Positions 1 through 11,237 of a stretch of DNA of 64,000 bases are shown piece by piece; within the stretch, counting starts at the first letter, position 1; each line of letters begins with the position of its first letter. Where the stretch lies: contig CBDCTK010000002.1 of the NCBI GenBank assembly GCA_965222225.1, forward strand, positions 224,001-288,000. The letters are read 5' to 3'. A program made the position numbers and the translations under genes. Below the pieces are notes generated by a model, which worked only from the letters and a program-made list of their open reading frames with translations, was not told the DNA's origin and searched no databases. This DNA is from Candidatus Poribacteria bacterium (GTDB taxonomy: Bacteria > Poribacteria > WGA-4E > JAJDTR01).

Positions 1-2
1 TA

Positions 3-1145
3 AAGGAGCATAATCATGGATACGCAGAAAACGAATGCCGTTACAAGCATTGTTACCAACGCAACGCGATCTGTCAAGCCCCGCCTCGAATTGCCATTGC
101 CATTGGCATTGGTAGAGGTGCTGGGGGATTTCTTTATGGCAGATAAAGCAAGGAGGATGTATGCAGCAAGTGCAAGCCCCCAAGACAGAAAATAGCCGTC
201 CCAGATATTACCGAACGCTAACTGAAGCTGGAGCACTGTTAACTTAAATCCGTTCCAAAAACCTCTAAGGTACGAGGCGTGATCGTGAAGCAAGAAGAAA
301 CTCAGAGAAGCCCAGCCCCGATCGGGAGGGTGTCCCCGAACGGCATTAATGATGTATGGACACAACTGATAATCCCAGTAGAGATAGAAGCAGAACGCTA
401 CGGTGAACGAAATGGCAAAAAATAGAAGGTGTCGGTAGGCTTGATTTTGATAACGCCGAATAACTGCCATGATAAGGCTCAATCCAATTAACCACAAACC
501 GATCATGACCCCTTGCTTGTCCGTGATGTATGACAGAAAGGCGCCCAAACCCAGTAGAATGTATGCAACTACATTTTGTGGCTTGGTTGCCGGTTTCAGC
601 CAGTGAATAAGGCAGAGTATCCCAAGGGCTGCCCAGAATGCGGTTACGGTCTTTCCGCATCGGAAGTATATGCCGTGCATCACGAGCATCTGTGGTGAAA
701 GCAGAAAAAACATTGCTAACACTAAACATGATGTCCTCCTAAATGTGGGAAGAAGCTCTCTTGCAATGAAATACAGCACGACAACCGTTAGAATAGCGAA
801 AGAGATTTGCGAGATGCTGCGAAAGCCGTACGAAAAGAAAGGGATTTTGTTTAAGAGTATCACCGTTTGAGCGTCAATATACTCAAAGACATAACCCAAC
901 TCTCGCGCTTGATAGTTGTCCCAGTCGGTAGGGGATGGGTCAAAGAACTTCGCGACCTCACTCCAAAACCCGCCGGTCGGGTTCCCGTAGAACGCCATGA
1001 AGGTCTCGGTTTCACTGTGTATTACCGGCCGGGAGTTCTTTAAACTGCTGCACCATACCCCTACCATGATAATTAGCATCAAGGCAAACACTAGCCGAGG
1101 TATATCACTGAATTTCTTACTTAACGTTGGTATTATCGTGTCCAT
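3..1145 (-). CDS. Multi-pass membrane protein, paralog 1 of 4568-6553 and 6937-9919 (3' end runs off the window)
   Basis: Manual translation from ATG at 1145: MDTIIPTLSKKFSDIPRLVFALM...FFDPSPTDWDNYQARELGYVFEYIDAQ..., collinear with the 661-aa ORF and open to the window edge, so absent from the ORF track. Confidence 0.85.
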   Translation of the reverse strand, partial: MDTIIPTLSKKFSDIPRLVFALMLIIMVGVWCSSLKNSRPVIHSETETFMAFYGNPTGGFWSEVAKFFDPSPTDWDNYQARELGYVFEYIDAQTVILLNKIPFFSYGFRSISQISFAILTVVVLYFIARELLPTFRRTSCLVLAMFFLLSPQMLVMHGIYFRCGKTVTAFWAALGILCLIHWLKPATKPQNVVAYILLGLGAFLSYITDKQGVMIGLWLIGLSLIMAVIRRYQNQAYRHLLFFAISFTVAFCFYLYWDYQLCPYIINAVRGHPPDRGWASLSFFLLHDHASYLRGFWNGFKLTVLQLQLAFGNIWDGYFLSWGLALAAYILLALSAIKKSPSTSTNANGNGNSRRGLTDRVALVTMLVTAFVFCVSMIMLL

Positions 1146-1427
1146 CTGATGATTGTTTCGAACTTGCTGATTAGGACGTAATCCTCACGTCCGTTTGAGC
1201 TAGGTGTTATCGCGTTCGCATCTGGTGTGTCTCCGGACGCCCTCTCTGGTACAAGTGTAACATTTCCTGCTGGAAAGGCCCCTGTTTTTCTCTAGACATT
1301 GGGGACAAGCATGGAATAAGATAAATGCCCACTAGTCTGCAGACGACAGACCGATACGGGCAATGGATGCTCGCAGATCAGTCTCTGCCCTGCCTAACGC
1401 GATTCTTCCAATGTTAAAGAGAGCCTT

Positions 1428-2375
1428 ATGAAGTTAACCCAAGATCAACTTGACGCGTTCCATCGTGATGGCTATCTCATCGTCGCGGATCTTTTCGATT
1501 CCGACTCAATGGTAGCCGCTTTACGTGATATGGAACATATTTTTTACGGCGAATCCTTCGCTGAATACCTCGCGGATTTTGGACAATACCGGGAAAGCCG
1601 ATTCCGTGGAACCGACAGTTACCAATGTTGTCGCGCATTACGGCGACACGGAACATGGTCGCGCGCAGTTCCCATCAGGATATGATGCTCTAGATCGACT
1701 GATTGAGAACGAAGATTATCTTGACGTATTCGCCCAGTGTCTCAACACGGATGATGTAAGTTACTGTAACGCCCACCTATTCATGCGTTCGGGGCCCACG
1801 GACAAGCGCCATTCTGAACACCCGTGGCAAGGTTATCACGCCGATCGTGGCACCAACACATTTTTGCCGTTGAGCAAAGCAATCGGTTCCTTTGATTACG
1901 TCAATAGCGTGGTTTATCTCCACGATGTTGACGATGACGGCGCTCCCCTGCATGTTATTCCAGGATCGCATCGACAAGCGGCGGATGTATACCTGCGAGC
2001 AGAGGGTGGACTGGACGACTCCGGAAAATTCCGGAATTTGCAGAGCCGGTGCCTACCACCGCCAAGGCGGGAAGCGCTCTATTTTATTCTTCATATCTCG
2101 TACATGCAGCCATTCCGTTTGAAAACAAACGGAGACAACGTGCGTTGTGGACGCTGTCCATGGCGCGCGGCGACACGAGTCGGTGGACCAAACTAGCGAA
2201 TCCTTGGAGTCCACCGGAACGGCAATTCTTTCAGCCGTTTTGGGAGAAGACGACCGCACGTGTCCGAACGATGTTCGGTTGGCCCAAACCTCGACATCAA
2301 TTTTATACGGAGACGACTTTGAAAGGAATCGCGATGCGGTTTCCCAATATGGACCTGACACCTTATCAGAACTAG
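1428..2375 (+). pseudogene. Frameshifted PhyH-family dioxygenase, paralog of 17678-18625
   Basis: ORFs 1428-1685, 1525-2196 and 2049-2375 together match the intact 315-aa paralog. There is a +1 insertion near 1577 (gattttgg vs gatgtgg) and a -1 deletion near 2020 (gacgactccgg vs gacgacatccgg). Confidence 0.9.
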
Positions 2376-2426
2376 AGGGATAGGGTGTGACGACAGATTA
2401 TTTTCCATTCTAGCCCGCCATGTTGG

Positions 2427-3263
2427 TCATATTCGCGATTCTTGGCTGACCACATCTCGGGCAAGTTCGGGGAAAATCTGGTCGTGAATCTCAATCGGCT
2501 GGTGGAGATGAACCCGCCGGTTCTCGTCAGCCGTATCTATCATGGTAGCGTGATACATCCCTGCGCCCGTCCTGAGTTTATAACCTCCGGGTGAGTGCGA
2601 GCTTAGATATTGACGTGCCATTTCCATATCTTCCGGAGTTTTGGCTTGGCGTATACAATTCATGGTGAACATTCGGCGGCGATTTCCGCCGCCGAATGAG
2701 GCGTGATATAAGTCGTGATTAAAAATCACGATGTCGCCGGGGTTTGTTTCAACGGCAATGCTGCCGGGAAACTCCGAAGGCGGGACGCCAAATAACTCCA
2801 TGGAGTTGTTCACATCAATTTTTTCCTTGCGTACAAAATGGTCCGGTCGATGGGATCCCGGAATGAAGCGCAGCGCCCCGGTGTCACGAGTAAGGGGATC
2901 GAGATAAAACGCCGTTTTCGCAGCGAATAATTGGCCCCAGCTTCCATCGGGGTGCCAACCGGTATCGCCACTATAGTAATTGCCGTCACCGCTACAGTAG
3001 TTGAAATCTTCTCCCAGAATGCCTCCGATGAGACCAACTATTGTTGGGTGATCCAGGAGCCTACACATGTCCGGATGGTGTTCGATTGGCCCCAAAAACA
3101 TCGTACGAGTCGAACCATCATGATTTTTGCCACGGCCGCCATTTTGAATCGACCATTCGAATCCTTGGATGATTTTATCTGTTTCATCCTGTGAAAACAG
3201 TTGTGGAATCATCAGATACCCAAAGGTGTCGAAAAAGTCCAACTGTTCTTGAGTTAGTTTCAT
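2427..3263 (-). CDS. PhyH-family Fe(II)/2-oxoglutarate dioxygenase
   Basis: MKLTQEQLDFFDTFGYL start, WHPDG HxD motif, LRFIPGSH, distal YHAS His; RBS aaggag upstream. Confidence 0.9.
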   Translation of the reverse strand: MKLTQEQLDFFDTFGYLMIPQLFSQDETDKIIQGFEWSIQNGGRGKNHDGSTRTMFLGPIEHHPDMCRLLDHPTIVGLIGGILGEDFNYCSGDGNYYSGDTGWHPDGSWGQLFAAKTAFYLDPLTRDTGALRFIPGSHRPDHFVRKEKIDVNNSMELFGVPPSEFPGSIAVETNPGDIVIFNHDLYHASFGGGNRRRMFTMNCIRQAKTPEDMEMARQYLSSHSPGGYKLRTGAGMYHATMIDTADENRRVHLHQPIEIHDQIFPELARDVVSQESRI

Positions 3264-3594
3264 TCGTGTTGTCTCCTTAGAAAATTAGCAGTGATAATCA
3301 TCTCCAGATTCACGACTTATGGACTTCAGTTTGTTACAGCGCAGGTCATTGTGTGTCAAACCAAGGAGAACTGATGCATCTGGTTACTCTCGTAGAATCG
3401 TGGTTGACACAATCCAAATGTGCGTGGCTTCTATTATAATGCAGGGGAGTTTGAATTACAACGATTTAGCGAGTGTTTTATAGATAATTGGCAAAAATCT
3501 TGATATTGAGTATCTGAGCAAAACCTTTTGGTAGTTGTTAGTAGGGCATCGATCGGGAATTGGTACGAGTATAATTTCAAAAAGGAAACATGCG

Positions 3595-4494
3595 ATGGTT
3601 CAGATTGACGGGATTGTACCCGTGGTACCCACCCCTTTCGACAGTTACGGACATATTGACGAAGAGGGATTACGCAGACCGGTTGACTTCCGTGTAGCGG
3701 GCAATGCCTGCGCCATCTGCCTACCCGCCTACGCTGGCGAGTTTTACAAACTAGCTGAGCAAAAGCGGCATGATGTAATGCGTATCGCAGTGGAGCAGGC
3801 GGCAGGCCGAATTCCTGTAATTGGGCAGGCGAACCATCGATCTTCACGAGTTGGACTGGATCTCGCACATCGCATGGAGGCATCGGGAGTTTCGATGATT
3901 AGCATGGCGGCGCCGCGCATTTTCGCACTGAGTGAGGACGACTTATTGCGCTACTTTCGTGCGGTCTGCCAATCCATTAGCGTGCCGCTATTGATTCAGG
4001 TCTTCAATCCGGGCGGCGCGACCGTTGGCGCCGAATTTGCGCAGAGGCTCCATACCGACTGCCCCAACTTTAGCTATCTCAAACTGGAATAGCCGATGAT
4101 GGCTGAAAAGGTGAACCGCATCCTCGAAGCTACTCGCGGATTGGTTGGTTTGCTGGAGGGTTGGGGCGGGCCTTACATGATGGAACTTATTCCTAGTGGG
4201 ATATGTGGCATAATGCCCGGTGTGCCACTACTGCGTGTTCTGAATGAGGTTTACTGGAAGCGTAAGCGGGGGGAGAATAGGCAAGCCTACACGGCATATC
4301 AAAGCGTATTGCCATTCATCGTCTTCACGTTGGCGCATCTGGAGCTTTTCCTGCATGTGGAGAAACGTTTGCTAAAGGCAATGGGGCTGATTGCCTCCGC
4401 CCATGTGCGTGATGCAACCATCCACCTTGATTCCCATGCCGAAGCCTATGCGGAGTGGTTAATCGGGCAGGTGTTGCCGCTCGTGAGGTTATAA
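3595..4494 (+). pseudogene. Dihydrodipicolinate synthase/aldolase family protein with in-frame TAG
   Basis: GIVPVVPTPF, AGEFYKL and the YLKLE Schiff-base Lys motif. TAG at 4090-4092, after which the frame continues (PMMAEK...EGWGG...GIMPG). Confidence 0.85.
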
Positions 4495-4514
4495 TCTCAT
4501 GTTGTAGGACTCTT

Positions 4515-4542
4515 GTAGGGAATAACAATCGTTATTCCCTAT
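4515..4542. repeat. GTAG-type REP-like palindrome
   Basis: gtagggaataac-aatc-gttattccctat; related copies at 16803-16830, about 6882 (degenerate) and 62069-62096. Confidence 0.7.
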
Positions 4543-4567
4543 AGGTAGCGACAGGGATTAGTAATGT

Positions 4568-6553
4568 TTAGTAAGGAGTGCCCACGCACACCGGGGCACT
4601 GGTCACACGTATAGTCCCGGATTTAGGAGCAACAAACACGCGGACACAGTCCGATTCGAATCCCGTGCGTTGCTTGGAGGAGTTTAGCGAAGGCGAACCG
4701 TTGCGTCTCCAAGTTTTATAGCGGCTATCGTAAACCAGACTAGCGTAGATCTCGCCATCCTTGTATTGATACTGCCACCCGTTCTTTCCTTGCGTACCAC
4801 TGAATCCTTTTGACGCTTGGTAGGTTGTCCCATCCCCGTAGGCGATCACCGGATCCCAATAGGCGCTATCAAATCCCATGCGTTGATGCATGTTCACAAG
4901 GAAATAGAGTTTGTCGCCTGCGTTAACATTCACCTTGAAATCGTGATGACGTCTGTCGGCGCTGTGTTTGGAATGCGCCCAACCCTCTTTTGGCCAAACC
5001 TGTTCGTCGTTCATCAGAATCTTGAGGTTGACGCCATCACCAACTCTTGGTCTTGCCTTATACAACTCCTGCCGCTCGCTAGCCGGCGCGAAGATATACT
5101 TCATTAGGAAGCGTGAATCTTCGGTGACTTGCTTTGACCTAATCTCTTGGTCGTATAGGAGATTCGCCTCAAGTATTTCCCTCTTGGAATCGCGCTCCCA
5201 TCCGAAGCCCATAGTCTTGGGGAGGTTCAGGTAATTCGCCATGCACATCAAGAAAACGGCGCATACTATGTATGTCTCAAATCGCTTCGAACTGTTTCGG
5301 CGACCGAGAAACGCGAACACAATCAGCAGCGCAGCGATGAGAATAAGCGTTGCGCTTTGATAGTAGTACCCACCTCTCCAAATGTCAGCCCAGGCGAGCG
5401 GATTATGCCGCATGTAAAGGAGCATAGTCATGAACACGCAGGTAAGTATTGCCGTTACCAGCATAGCCCCCAACTCAACGCGATCTGTCAAACCTCGCCC
5501 CGAATTTTCATCGGCACCTACAGAGGCGCTAGGGGATTTCTTTAAGGCAGATAAGATTATGAGAATAAGTGCAACTAACAGAAGTCCCCAAGATAAAAAA
5601 TTGCCGTCCCAGATATTTCCGAACGCCAACTGAAACTGGAGCACCGTCAACTTTAATCCATTCCAAAGGCCTTTGATGTATGAGGCGCGATCGTGATTGA
5701 GGAAGAAACTCAGGGAGGACCAACTTCGATCAGGAGGGTATCCGCGCACGTTTTCAATGATGTATGGACACAGCTCGTAATCCCAGCAGAGGTAGAAGCA
5801 GAAAGCTGCGGAGAACGAAGTCGCAAAATATATGAGGTGCCGGCATGATTGATTTTGATAACGCCGAGTCCCTGCCAAGATAAGGCTCAAGCCGATTAAC
5901 CACAGACCCATCATCACCGCTTGTTTGTCCGTGATAAACGACAAAAAGGCGCCCAGACCCAGTAATACGTATGCAATTACATTGCGTGGTTTGGTAATGG
6001 GTTTTAGCCAGCGAATCAGGCAGAGAATCCAGAGGCCCCCCCAGAATGCGGCTACTGTCTTTCCGCAGCGAAAGTATTCGGCTTGCATCGCGAGCATCTG
6101 CGTAGATAGCGGAAAAAGCATTGCCAATACCAAACATGATGTCCGTCTAAACGTGGGCAACAACCCCCTTGCGATGAAATACAACGCAGTTGCGGTAAGT
6201 ATAGCGAAGGTGATTTGCGTAATGCTTCGAAAGCCGTACGAAAAGAACGGAATTTTGTTTAAGAGTATCACCATCTGAGCGTCAATGTACTCAAACACAT
6301 AACCCAACTCTCGCGCTTGGTAGTTGTCCCAGTCGGTAGGGGATGGGTCAAAGAACTTTGCCACCTCGCTCCAAAACCCGCCGGTTGGGTTGCCGTAGAA
6401 CGCCAAGAAGGTCTCTGTTTCAAAATGGATTATGGGCCGGGTGTTTTTTAAGCCGGCACACCAGACCCCAACCATTATGATTATCATCAATGCAAACACA
6501 AGACGAAGCCTATCACTGTAGATCTTGCTTAACGTGGGAATCATTGTATTCAT
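4568..6553 (-). CDS. Multi-pass membrane protein (possible GT-C fold) with C-terminal soluble beta-rich module, paralog 2 (intact)
   Basis: 661 aa, roughly a dozen hydrophobic segments, acidic loop DWDNYQARE after TM1, C-terminal GDGVNLKI...WDPVIAY...ASKGFSGTQGKNGW module. Function is inferred. Confidence 0.75.
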   Translation of the reverse strand: MNTMIPTLSKIYSDRLRLVFALMIIIMVGVWCAGLKNTRPIIHFETETFLAFYGNPTGGFWSEVAKFFDPSPTDWDNYQARELGYVFEYIDAQMVILLNKIPFFSYGFRSITQITFAILTATALYFIARGLLPTFRRTSCLVLAMLFPLSTQMLAMQAEYFRCGKTVAAFWGGLWILCLIRWLKPITKPRNVIAYVLLGLGAFLSFITDKQAVMMGLWLIGLSLILAGTRRYQNQSCRHLIYFATSFSAAFCFYLCWDYELCPYIIENVRGYPPDRSWSSLSFFLNHDRASYIKGLWNGLKLTVLQFQLAFGNIWDGNFLSWGLLLVALILIILSALKKSPSASVGADENSGRGLTDRVELGAMLVTAILTCVFMTMLLYMRHNPLAWADIWRGGYYYQSATLILIAALLIVFAFLGRRNSSKRFETYIVCAVFLMCMANYLNLPKTMGFGWERDSKREILEANLLYDQEIRSKQVTEDSRFLMKYIFAPASERQELYKARPRVGDGVNLKILMNDEQVWPKEGWAHSKHSADRRHHDFKVNVNAGDKLYFLVNMHQRMGFDSAYWDPVIAYGDGTTYQASKGFSGTQGKNGWQYQYKDGEIYASLVYDSRYKTWRRNGSPSLNSSKQRTGFESDCVRVFVAPKSGTIRVTSAPVCVGTPY

Positions 6554-6639
6554 CTAGTATCGGATCGAACTTGCCGATTAGGACGTAAGCCTAACGTCCG
6601 TTTGAGTTAGGCTATATGGCGTTAGCACTCAATACATCT

Positions 6640-6860
6640 GATGGCTATCAAGGTACGCGGCATCCTCGAATCTGCTCGCGGAGAGGTTGGCGTTCTGGAG
6701 GGTTGGGGTGGGCTTTACATGATGTGGCAAAGCGGTTTCTAAAATGAATGGGGTTGATTGCCTCTGCCCATGTGCGCGATGCAACCATCCATGTTGACTC
6801 ACATACCCCAGCCTATGTGGAGTAGCTAATCTGAAAAGTGCCTCTGCTGGCGAGGTTATT
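6640..6860 (+). pseudogene. Degenerate 3' remnant of the DHDPS-family gene
   Basis: DNA matches about 4100-4500 (gcatcctcgaa...ctggagggttgggg...gcccatgtgcg.gatgcaaccatcca) with a large internal deletion and stops; boundaries approximate. Confidence 0.75.
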
Positions 6861-7430
6861 ATCTCATGTTTTGAGGCCTTCATAGGGAATAACAATCCAT
6901 ATTCCTCATCGGTCGTAAATCGAACAATGATGATTACTATGGGGGCCTCACGCATACGGGGACGCCGGTCACACGTACAGTACCGTGTTTCGGAGAGACA
7001 AACACTCGTGCGCTCTCCGTTTCGAATCCCGGTCGTTGTCTGTAGGGGTTTAGCAAAGGAAAACCGTTATGTCTCCAGGTTTTATAGCGGCTATCGTAGA
7101 CCAGACTCGCGTAGTTCTCGCCATCCTTGTACTGATAATGCCACCCGTTCTTTCCTTGCGTACCACTGAATCCCTTTGAGGCCTTGAAAGTCGTTCCATC
7201 ATCGAAGGTTATCACCGGATCCCAGTAGGCGGTATCAAACCCCACACCTTGATGCGTGTTTACAAGGAAATAAAGTTTGTCACCGGTTTCGACCTCCGCT
7301 TTGACATCGTGTCGTGGTCTATCGGTGTTGTTTTTGGAATGCGCCCAACCCTCTTTTGGCCAAATCTGGTCCTCGTTCTTCAAAATCTTCAGATTGACGC
7401 CAACTCTATGCCCTGATCTTGCCTTATATA

Positions 7431-8424
7431 ACCAATGGTGCTAGTTTGAAATTTGGAGGTTAATAAGCATAACATTCCCTTTTGGCTTTGCTTTAACGCG
7501 AAAGGTATCAGGGCATGAGACGATTTCCTCGATTCTACCGTTAATTTGAGTATCGGTAGCTATCAAATAACGGGAGGAAATCTAGACTCATAACCATAGT
7601 AGATTTTATCACAGAACTGTTTTGTTGTGTTGATGATAAACTCTCACAGCACGGTAAAAACCATAAGCATAGCCAAGCCAAACTTTATCCGTCTGAAGTG
7701 GTTACCATTGCCATGCTCTTTGCGCTCAAGGGTGTGGGTAATCGAGCCTCCTATCGCTGGATAGCGAACAATTTCAAATCCTTATTTCCGATGTTACCCG
7801 AGCGTACCCGATTGTTCCGCTTATTCGACGGGCATCAACATCTCATTGACGTTTTTATGGCGAATCCTTCGCTTATCGGTGGAATTGACACGTACGGTAT
7901 TGAATTGATTCACCCGCGCCGAGAAGGGCGCTCTAAACGTCAAATCGGACGCAAAGGCATTTCCAACCAACGATGGATTGTAGGTGGAAAACTTTGCTTG
8001 CTACACAATCATCTCGGACTGATTGTCAACTGGGACTGCGACACTGCCAATGTACATGATGGGAGTGCCTTCCAACATCTCGTTGATGGGGTCAGTGACC
8101 AGATGGTTGTTTTTGCCGATGTAAATTTCGCCAAAGCGGATTGGTTCCCTTCCAACTTGCGTCTGTGCCGACGTGGCGAGTGGAATTCTCGGATGCTGCG
8201 AGTGGAATTCTCGGATGCTGGTAGAAACGATTTTGTCCATGTTGACGCTAGTGTGCCATTTTAAGAAAGTCATGCACCGTCGTTGGAGTTACTTCAAAAC
8301 GCGAGTCGGCTTTACAATGGCTTTGGTCAATCTCTTGGTACAGTGGAATGGATTGTCGATTGACGACGATGGCTTTGTGCCTCTGTCAATAGCTCAATTC
8401 AGTCTCTAAACTAGCACCAAAGGT
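7431..8424 (+). mobile_element. IS982-family-like insertion sequence, 994 bp
   Basis: Terminal IRs accaatggtgctagttt / aaactagcaccaaaggt with AC termini, 6-bp target duplication tatata (7425-7430 and 8425-8430), single DDE transposase. Confidence 0.85.
7588..8409 (+). pseudogene. IS982-like DDE transposase, inactivated
   Basis: IVDFITELFCCVDDKL...LYPSEVVTI...IDTYGIELIHPRR...ETILSML. The codon at the expected start after ggagg reads ATA, and a 22-bp tandem duplication (8176-8197 / 8198-8219) shifts the frame. Confidence 0.8.
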
Positions 8425-11237
8425 TATATAACTCGCGGCGTTCGCTTGCCGGCGCGAAGATAAATTTTATCAGGAAACTGGAGTCTTCGTTAACCTCCTT
8501 CGATCGTATTTCTTGATCGTATTTGCGATTCAGATCGATCTGCTCCCTCATGTGCCCGTATCCCCATCCGTAGCCCCGCGTCTTGTCAAGGCCGAGGTTA
8601 TTCGCCATGCACATCAAGAAAACCGCACACACTATGTATGTCTCGAATTTACTCGACCTGTTTCGGCGACTGAGAAACGAAAACACAATCAGAAGCGCAA
8701 CAATGAGAATAAGAGCGACGCTTTGATAATAGTATCCGCCTTTCCAAAGGTCTTCCCACGCGAGCGGATTGTGCCGCATGTAGAGAAGCATAATCATGAA
8801 TACGCAGGTAAGTATTGCCGTTACGAGCACAACTGCCAACGCAGTGCGATCGGTCAAGCCCCTTCTCGAATCTCCAATTGCGTTGTCGGGGGTACCGGGG
8901 GATTTTTTTATCGCAGATAAAGCAATGAGTATATACGCAGCCAGTGCAAGCCCCCAAGCTAGAAGATTGCCGTCCCAGACATTACCGAACGCTAACTGAA
9001 TCTGTAGCACGGTTAACTTCAGCCCAATCCAAAGACCTCTGATGTATGACGCGAGATCGTGATGCAGGAAGAAACTCAGAGAGGTCCAGCTCCGATCAGG
9101 ATAGTATCCCCTAACGGCTTTAATGATGTATGGACACAACAGATAATCCCAGTAGAGATAGAAGCAGAACGCTGCCGTGAACGAGAGGGCAAAAAATAGA
9201 AGGTGACGGTATGCTTGCCCATAGTGACGCCGAATTACTGCCATGATGAGGCTCAAACCGATTAACCACAAACCGATCATGACTCCCTGTTTATCCGTGA
9301 TGTATGACAGAAAGGCGCCCAAAACCAGTAGTATGTATGCAATCACATTTCGTGGCTTAGTTGCAGGTTTCAGCCAGCGAATCAGGCAGAGTATCCCAAG
9401 GGCTGTCCAGAATGCGGTTACGGTCTTTCCGCATCGGAAGTATAAGCCGTGCATCACGAGCATTTGCGTTGAAAGCGGGAAAAGCAAGGCTAATACTAAA
9501 CATGATGTTCGCCTAAACGTGGGTAACAACTCCCTTGCGATGAAATACAACACGAACCCAGTTAGAATGGCGAAAGAGATTTGCATGATGCTGCGAAAAC
9601 CGTATGAAAAGAACGGAATCTTGTTTAAGAGTAAGACTGCTTGTGCATCGATATACTCGAAGCCATAGCCCAACTCCCGCGCCTGGTAGGCGTCCCAGTC
9701 CGTGGACGCCGGGTCAAAGAACTTTGCAACCTCGCTCCAAAACCCGCCAGTCGGGTTTCCGTATAACACCACGAAGGACTCTGCCTCACGGTGTATTACC
9801 GGCCGCATGTTCTTTAAGCTAGTGCCCCATACGATTACCATGATGATTAACATCACGGCGAATGCGAACCGGGGTTTATCACTGAACGTTTTCCTTAGCG
9901 TTGATAGCGTTGTGTGCATTCGGATTTGCTTTAGATTTGCTGTCTAGTAAGTTAGTTTACCGGGGTTGCAACCTTTGTCCGACCGAAGTATGGAAACCGA
10001 GTTTTTTCCAACGCGGAAACATGAGATTGACCAAAATCAGACCAATTCACGTACGATATAGCGAAAGCGAACCAACAACTCGGTTACTCCGTTATAGGTA
10101 GCATCATACGTTATTATACCAGAAGATCTGCGGAAATGAAAATTCATGCGGAGGCGAGAGAGTTCAGGGCTGAAAATCGCGTGTGAGGGAAACGCCGCAC
10201 AATAAAACTGTGCGGCGCAGCATGGGGCCTTATTAATTCTGAGTCTTGCGCGGGATGCTTTGGGAGGTGTGCTTTTTTGCAAAAAATAGTTGAGGGCATT
10301 GAAGCCTTGAATAGATTGAGTTCTTGACCACCTGGACAATTCCCCGTGGAAAATGTTAGGTATGGAAAGCATTCACAACCAGGAATATAAACCGTCGGAG
10401 AACTCAAGCCTTTGGCAATCTTCTTGACAACGAATCTGGGCATTGATATAATGCCCCAAGAAACTTGTCCGATTGCTGAAATCAACCTCGAAAATTGAGT
10501 TTCTTGTGTCTATGTCCTGTAAATCTGAAACCAAAGTTTGTCACTCGGAGAGATATTTCAAAGAGGACAGTTTTTATGGTTTACAACGTTTCGCGCTTTT
10601 ATTCGGGGACCGGTTTTCGCTTTGCAATTGGGTATCTGCTACCCTTCCTTGTTACAGACACTTATCAAACACCTGAGCGCAATGGAATGAACTGCAGCGC
10701 TGGTTGCCGTGTGCGGCAGGCTGCCTCTTTTCCCGCCGATTCGCCCCCCTCGCCAACTGTCGATCATGTCGCACCATTTATAATCTTCGCCAACTACCCC
10801 TTCGTCTCTCCAACCAGACATTCAGTCGCGCACCACGCGATTCAAAATACAGTAACCCAAGTTAACGCTGTTATCATTCGGGTGATGTCAAGTCGTTCGA
10901 AAGCCGGGGGGAGTGTCCTTAAATTAAACGGAATTGGCTCATTTCAAAAGAAAGTGCAATGAGACTTTTAGAAACAAAGTTTTCAAGAAAAAACTCGGTT
11001 GCACCCACATATTCTTAACGTGAGCGACGGGATTTAGGAAATAAACGACGAGCGGTATGATATTTTGCTGGAGTTAACTTGATAAAGGGGGCAATGCGGC
11101 GGGGCGGGTCATTGAGAATCTCGCCAGCGCCGCGGACATCACGTAAAGGCTCGAAGCGCGTCCAAACCGTACCTGCACATCCACTCAAAACCGGTTACCT
11201 TACCGTTCATTTTACGCACAATCAAGGAGGAAGAAAA

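Larger units (their letters stand above)
6937..9919 (-). pseudogene. Membrane protein paralog 3, interrupted by the IS at 7431-8424
   Basis: The N-part 8425-9919 and C-part 6937-7430 rejoin into a sequence collinear with 4568-6553 (ASERRELY|KARSG..GVNLKILKNEDQIWPKEGW). Confidence 0.9.

Noticed and set aside
1428-2375. Compensating +1/-1 frameshifts as programmed frameshifting
   Set aside because: Total length is restored but a stop at 1685 intervenes, there is no convincing slippery site plus stimulator, and an intact paralog exists.
9950-11230. Short ORFs in several frames
   Set aside because: No recognisable family, interrupted frames and repeat fragments; probably decayed sequence.
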